A stretch of DNA of 64,000 nt from an uncultured Muribaculaceae bacterium (GTDB taxonomy: Bacteria; Bacteroidota; Bacteroidia; Bacteroidales; Muribaculaceae). The notes beneath the pieces were generated by a model, which worked only from the letters and a program-made list of their open reading frames with translations, had not been told where the DNA came from and did no database searches. Positions within the stretch are counted from its first letter, which is position 1. The number at the start of each line of letters is the position of its first letter. The translations under genes were made by a program, and so were the position numbers. Below are positions 61,420 through 64,000 of this stretch, piece after piece. The stretch lies in NCBI GenBank assembly GCA_947381945.1, contig CANCXM010000004.1, positions 29,176-93,175 of the forward strand, read 5' to 3'.

Positions 61420-62895
61420 ATGAAGAAATTTGCAATGATTGCCGCCGCTCTCTGCATCGGTCTCTCGGGCTTCGCGCAGGACGCACCCAAGGATTGCTGC
61501 AAGCAAGGGGCCAAGAAGGAGTGCTGCAAAGCCAAGAAATCTTGCTGCACAGCCAAAAGTCTTGACGCTAAGGAAGCGTGGGCAACCCTCTATCCTCAGA
61601 TCGAAAAATCAATCCAGGCTCCGACTTTCCGCGACAAGGACTACAAGATTTTCGACTACGGAAAGAAATCAAAGACCAAAGGCTTTCTCTACACCGAGCT
61701 TATTAATAAGGTGATTGACCTTTGTTCAAGCGAAGGTGGCGGCCGTGTCATCATCCCCAAGGGCACATGGCTCACAGGTCCCATCACACTCAAGAGCAAT
61801 GTGAACCTCCATCTTGAAGAAGGAGCGACACTCCTCTTCTCCGACGATCCCTCGCAGTATCCCATCGTGAAAACACGTTGGGAGGGCATGGACTGCTACA
61901 ACTATCAGCCCATGATTTATGCCTACAAGCAGGAGAACATCGCCCTTACCGGCAAAGGTACGGTCGACGGCGGTGCGTCCAACGAAAACTGGTGGCAGAT
62001 GAGCGGCAAGCGCGGCTATGTCGAAGGCCCCGTGACCCAGAAAATCGGCCGCCCGCTCCTCCAGGAATGGAACGAGAACGGCGTGCCCGTTGAAAAGCGC
62101 ATCCTCGGCGAAGGCTACGGTATGCGTCCGCAGCTCGTCAACCCCGTAGAGTGCAAGAACGTGCTCATCGAGGATGTGACACTCCTCCGCGCCGCCTTCT
62201 GGGTAATCCATCCCCTTCTCTGCGAGAACCTCACCGTCAAGGGTGTCCACATCCAGAACGACGGCCCCAACGGCGACGGCTGTGACCCCGAATCGTGCAA
62301 GAACGTGCTCATCGAAGGCTGCTACTTCGACACCGGCGACGACTGCATCGCAATCAAGAGCGGACGTAACCGCGACGGTCGCGAACAGGGTATCCCCTCT
62401 GAAAACATCATCGTCCGCAACTGCCAGATGAAGAACGGCCACGGCGGTATCGTTGTCGGCAGTGAAATCTCCGGCGGTTTCAAGAACCTCTTCCTTGAGA
62501 ACTGCGTCATGGACAGCCCCGAGCTTGACCGCGTGGTCCGCATCAAGACCAATGCCTGCCGCGGCGGTGTCATCGAGGACATCTATGTGCGCAACGTCGA
62601 GGTCGGCCAGTGCAAGGAATCGGTATTGAAAATCAACCTCGTCTATGAGCCCAAAGAGCTCTGCGACCGCAGCTTCCCTCCGACCGTCAAGAACGTATGG
62701 CTCGACAACATCACTTGCAAGAAGAGCAAATATGGCGTGATGATTGAAGGCTTCAAGGAAATCTGCAACATCGACAATATCAACGTTGACAATTGCCACT
62801 TCGATGGCGTGACCTCCGACGGCAACTCAATCTCGGGTCTCACAAAGAACGTCAAATTCAACAACCTGTATATCAACGGCAAACTCGTAAAATAA
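61420..62895 (+). CDS. Glycoside hydrolase family 28 (polygalacturonase/rhamnogalacturonase-like)
   Basis: 491 aa with a signal peptide. The GH28 catalytic motifs are NDGPNGDGCDP, TGDDCIAIKSG, GHGGIVVGSE and VRIKT. Confidence 0.9.
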   Translation: MKKFAMIAAALCIGLSGFAQDAPKDCCKQGAKKECCKAKKSCCTAKSLDAKEAWATLYPQIEKSIQAPTFRDKDYKIFDYGKKSKTKGFLYTELINKVIDLCSSEGGGRVIIPKGTWLTGPITLKSNVNLHLEEGATLLFSDDPSQYPIVKTRWEGMDCYNYQPMIYAYKQENIALTGKGTVDGGASNENWWQMSGKRGYVEGPVTQKIGRPLLQEWNENGVPVEKRILGEGYGMRPQLVNPVECKNVLIEDVTLLRAAFWVIHPLLCENLTVKGVHIQNDGPNGDGCDPESCKNVLIEGCYFDTGDDCIAIKSGRNRDGREQGIPSENIIVRNCQMKNGHGGIVVGSEISGGFKNLFLENCVMDSPELDRVVRIKTNACRGGVIEDIYVRNVEVGQCKESVLKINLVYEPKELCDRSFPPTVKNVWLDNITCKKSKYGVMIEGFKEICNIDNINVDNCHFDGVTSDGNSISGLTKNVKFNNLYINGKLVK

Positions 62896-62945
62896 ACGGC
62901 AGCGGAGACCGCTCCGCACTCACCGGTTTTTCAACTTTTACATTC

Positions 62946-62980
62946 AATGAGGGAACAGATGTCAATGCTGTTCCCTCATT
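62946..62980 (+). terminator. Hairpin after the GH28 gene
   Basis: AATGAGGGAACAG (62946-62958) pairs with CTGTTCCCTCATT (62968-62980). The T-tract (GTTGTT) is weak. Confidence 0.5.
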
Positions 62981-63216
62981 GTTGTTAGTACATTTTGCCA
63001 AATTTTTCATTATTAAAATCTCCAAATCGTTAATTATTTTAAAAGTTTGTTGAATTCTAACGGAAAATCATTAACTTTGGGAGAAATTTACCATACTTAA
63101 ATCTATAACTTTCAAAAACTTACCCTAAACGGCTAATTTACTATGAATTAGTAGCTCACACCGTATATCGGCGTCAATCCGGGCCGTTGAAGGTTATAAT
63201 GACTTTTTTAAACAAC

Positions 63217-64000
63217 ATGAATCTAAGTAAGCGAATCACATTTCTTACCCTTGCAGCGGCCTTCTCGCTTGGAGCCATGGCCGACAGCAAGCCCTACATC
63301 TCTCAGGTATGGTCACCCGACCTCGGTAACGGACAATACAAGAATCCCGTCATCAACGCCGACTACTCCGACCCGGACGTGGTTCGCGTGGGTGATGACT
63401 ACTACATGACCGCATCAAGCTTCTGCGACATCCCCGGTCTGCCAATCCTTCACTCGAAGGACCTCGTCAACTGGACCCTTATCGGCCATGCCATCACCGA
63501 AATGCCTGAATATGCACAGGCTGCGCCCGACCCCAGCCACGGCAACCATGTGTGGGCTCCCTCTATCCGCTACCACAACGGTGAATTCTACATCTACTAC
63601 GGCGACCCCGACCTCGGCATCTTCATGACCAAGACCAAGAATCCCGCAGGTCCGTGGGAACCCCTCGTGCATGTCCACAAAGCCAAAGGCATCATCGACA
63701 CCTGCCCCTTCTGGGACGAGGACGGCAAGGCATACATTGCCCACGGCTATGCCGGAAGCCGCGCCGGAGTCAAGAGCATCCTTGGAATGATTGAAATGAC
63801 CCCCGACGGAAAATCGACAATCGGTCAGGACCGCGTCATCTACGACGGCCACATCGAGAACGAGACCATCGAGGGCGCAAAAATGTATAAGGTAGGCGAC
63901 TGGTACTACATCTTCTCACCCGCCGGAGGCGTTGCCACCGGATGGCAGGAAGTGCTCCGTTCGAAGAACCCCTGGGGTCCGTACGAAGTACGCAATGTGA
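63217..64000 (+). CDS. Glycoside hydrolase family 43 (beta-xylosidase/alpha-L-arabinofuranosidase-like), 5' part; continues past window end
   Basis: The frame is open from ATG 63217 to the window edge. The signal is MNLSKRITFLTLAAAFSLGAMA. The sequence NPVINADYSDPDVVRVGDDYYMTASSF...PILHSKDLVNW...HVWAPSIRYHNGEFYIYY is typical of the GH43 five-bladed propeller. Confidence 0.85.
   Translation, partial: MNLSKRITFLTLAAAFSLGAMADSKPYISQVWSPDLGNGQYKNPVINADYSDPDVVRVGDDYYMTASSFCDIPGLPILHSKDLVNWTLIGHAITEMPEYAQAAPDPSHGNHVWAPSIRYHNGEFYIYYGDPDLGIFMTKTKNPAGPWEPLVHVHKAKGIIDTCPFWDEDGKAYIAHGYAGSRAGVKSILGMIEMTPDGKSTIGQDRVIYDGHIENETIEGAKMYKVGDWYYIFSPAGGVATGWQEVLRSKNPWGPYEVRNV

Noticed and set aside
61726-62799. 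357-aa minus-strand ORF inside the GH28 gene
   Set aside because: It is antisense to a CDS carrying all four GH28 catalytic motifs. Its translation is Ala/Val/Asp-rich low-complexity sequence typical of reverse-frame artefacts.
1-64000. Search of all intergenic gaps for tRNA, rRNA, tmRNA, RNase P RNA or known riboswitches
   Set aside because: Reading the gaps by eye I found no cloverleaf-capable 70-90-nt segments, rRNA-like sequence or recognisable riboswitch cores. This is a by-eye negative and should be confirmed with tRNAscan-SE and Infernal.

Overview
This is a chromosomal segment from a Bacteroidota genome, Bacteroidales-like. The evidence is SusC/SusD loci, lipoproteins with C-(K/N)-DDD export signals, TAnnTTTG -7 promoter boxes, no Shine-Dalgarno sequences and GC3-rich codon usage. 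Most of the window is ordinary core metabolism. In order it holds: the leuA(3' end)-leuC-leuD-cimA-like-leuB operon; an ECF-type sigma factor; a low-GC type II restriction-modification island (Dam-like methyltransferase plus HNH endonuclease); guaA; a kdsC/yhhQ-like/HAD operon; HU, an unannotated bS22-like mini-protein and RNase G; an arabinose/galactose cluster (galM, Na+/sugar symporter, Nudix/NrtR-type AraR-like regulator, araA, FGGY kinase); an unannotated rubredoxin; the Na+-pumping methylmalonyl-CoA decarboxylase cluster (mce, mmdA, LTD-OadG fusion, BCCP, mmdB); tcdA; a HipA-like kinase/DUF3037 pair; NhaD; maa; a class A beta-lactamase; and rnfDGEA. The last ~27 kb is accessory. It carries three paralogous susC/susD/beta-helix-lipoprotein triplets (orientation -,+,-) followed by GH28 and GH43 genes, which suggests pectin/arabinan use. 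The most unusual structure is between the first two susC genes, which lie head to head. They share a ~0.84-kb inverted repeat (365 bp perfect) covering leader and 5' coding sequence, around a unique 305-bp promoter-bearing spacer. This could be a recombinational switch. Other points worth a second look are mosaic perfect-identity tracts among the three susC genes, a 322-bp nested palindromic MITE/REP-like element with a solo copy 3 kb away, heptamer-periodic GTTKTKA tracts, a 46-bp perfect inverted repeat after araB, and an rnf operon lacking rnfB/rnfC. I found no rRNA, tRNA, CRISPR array, transposase or integrase.
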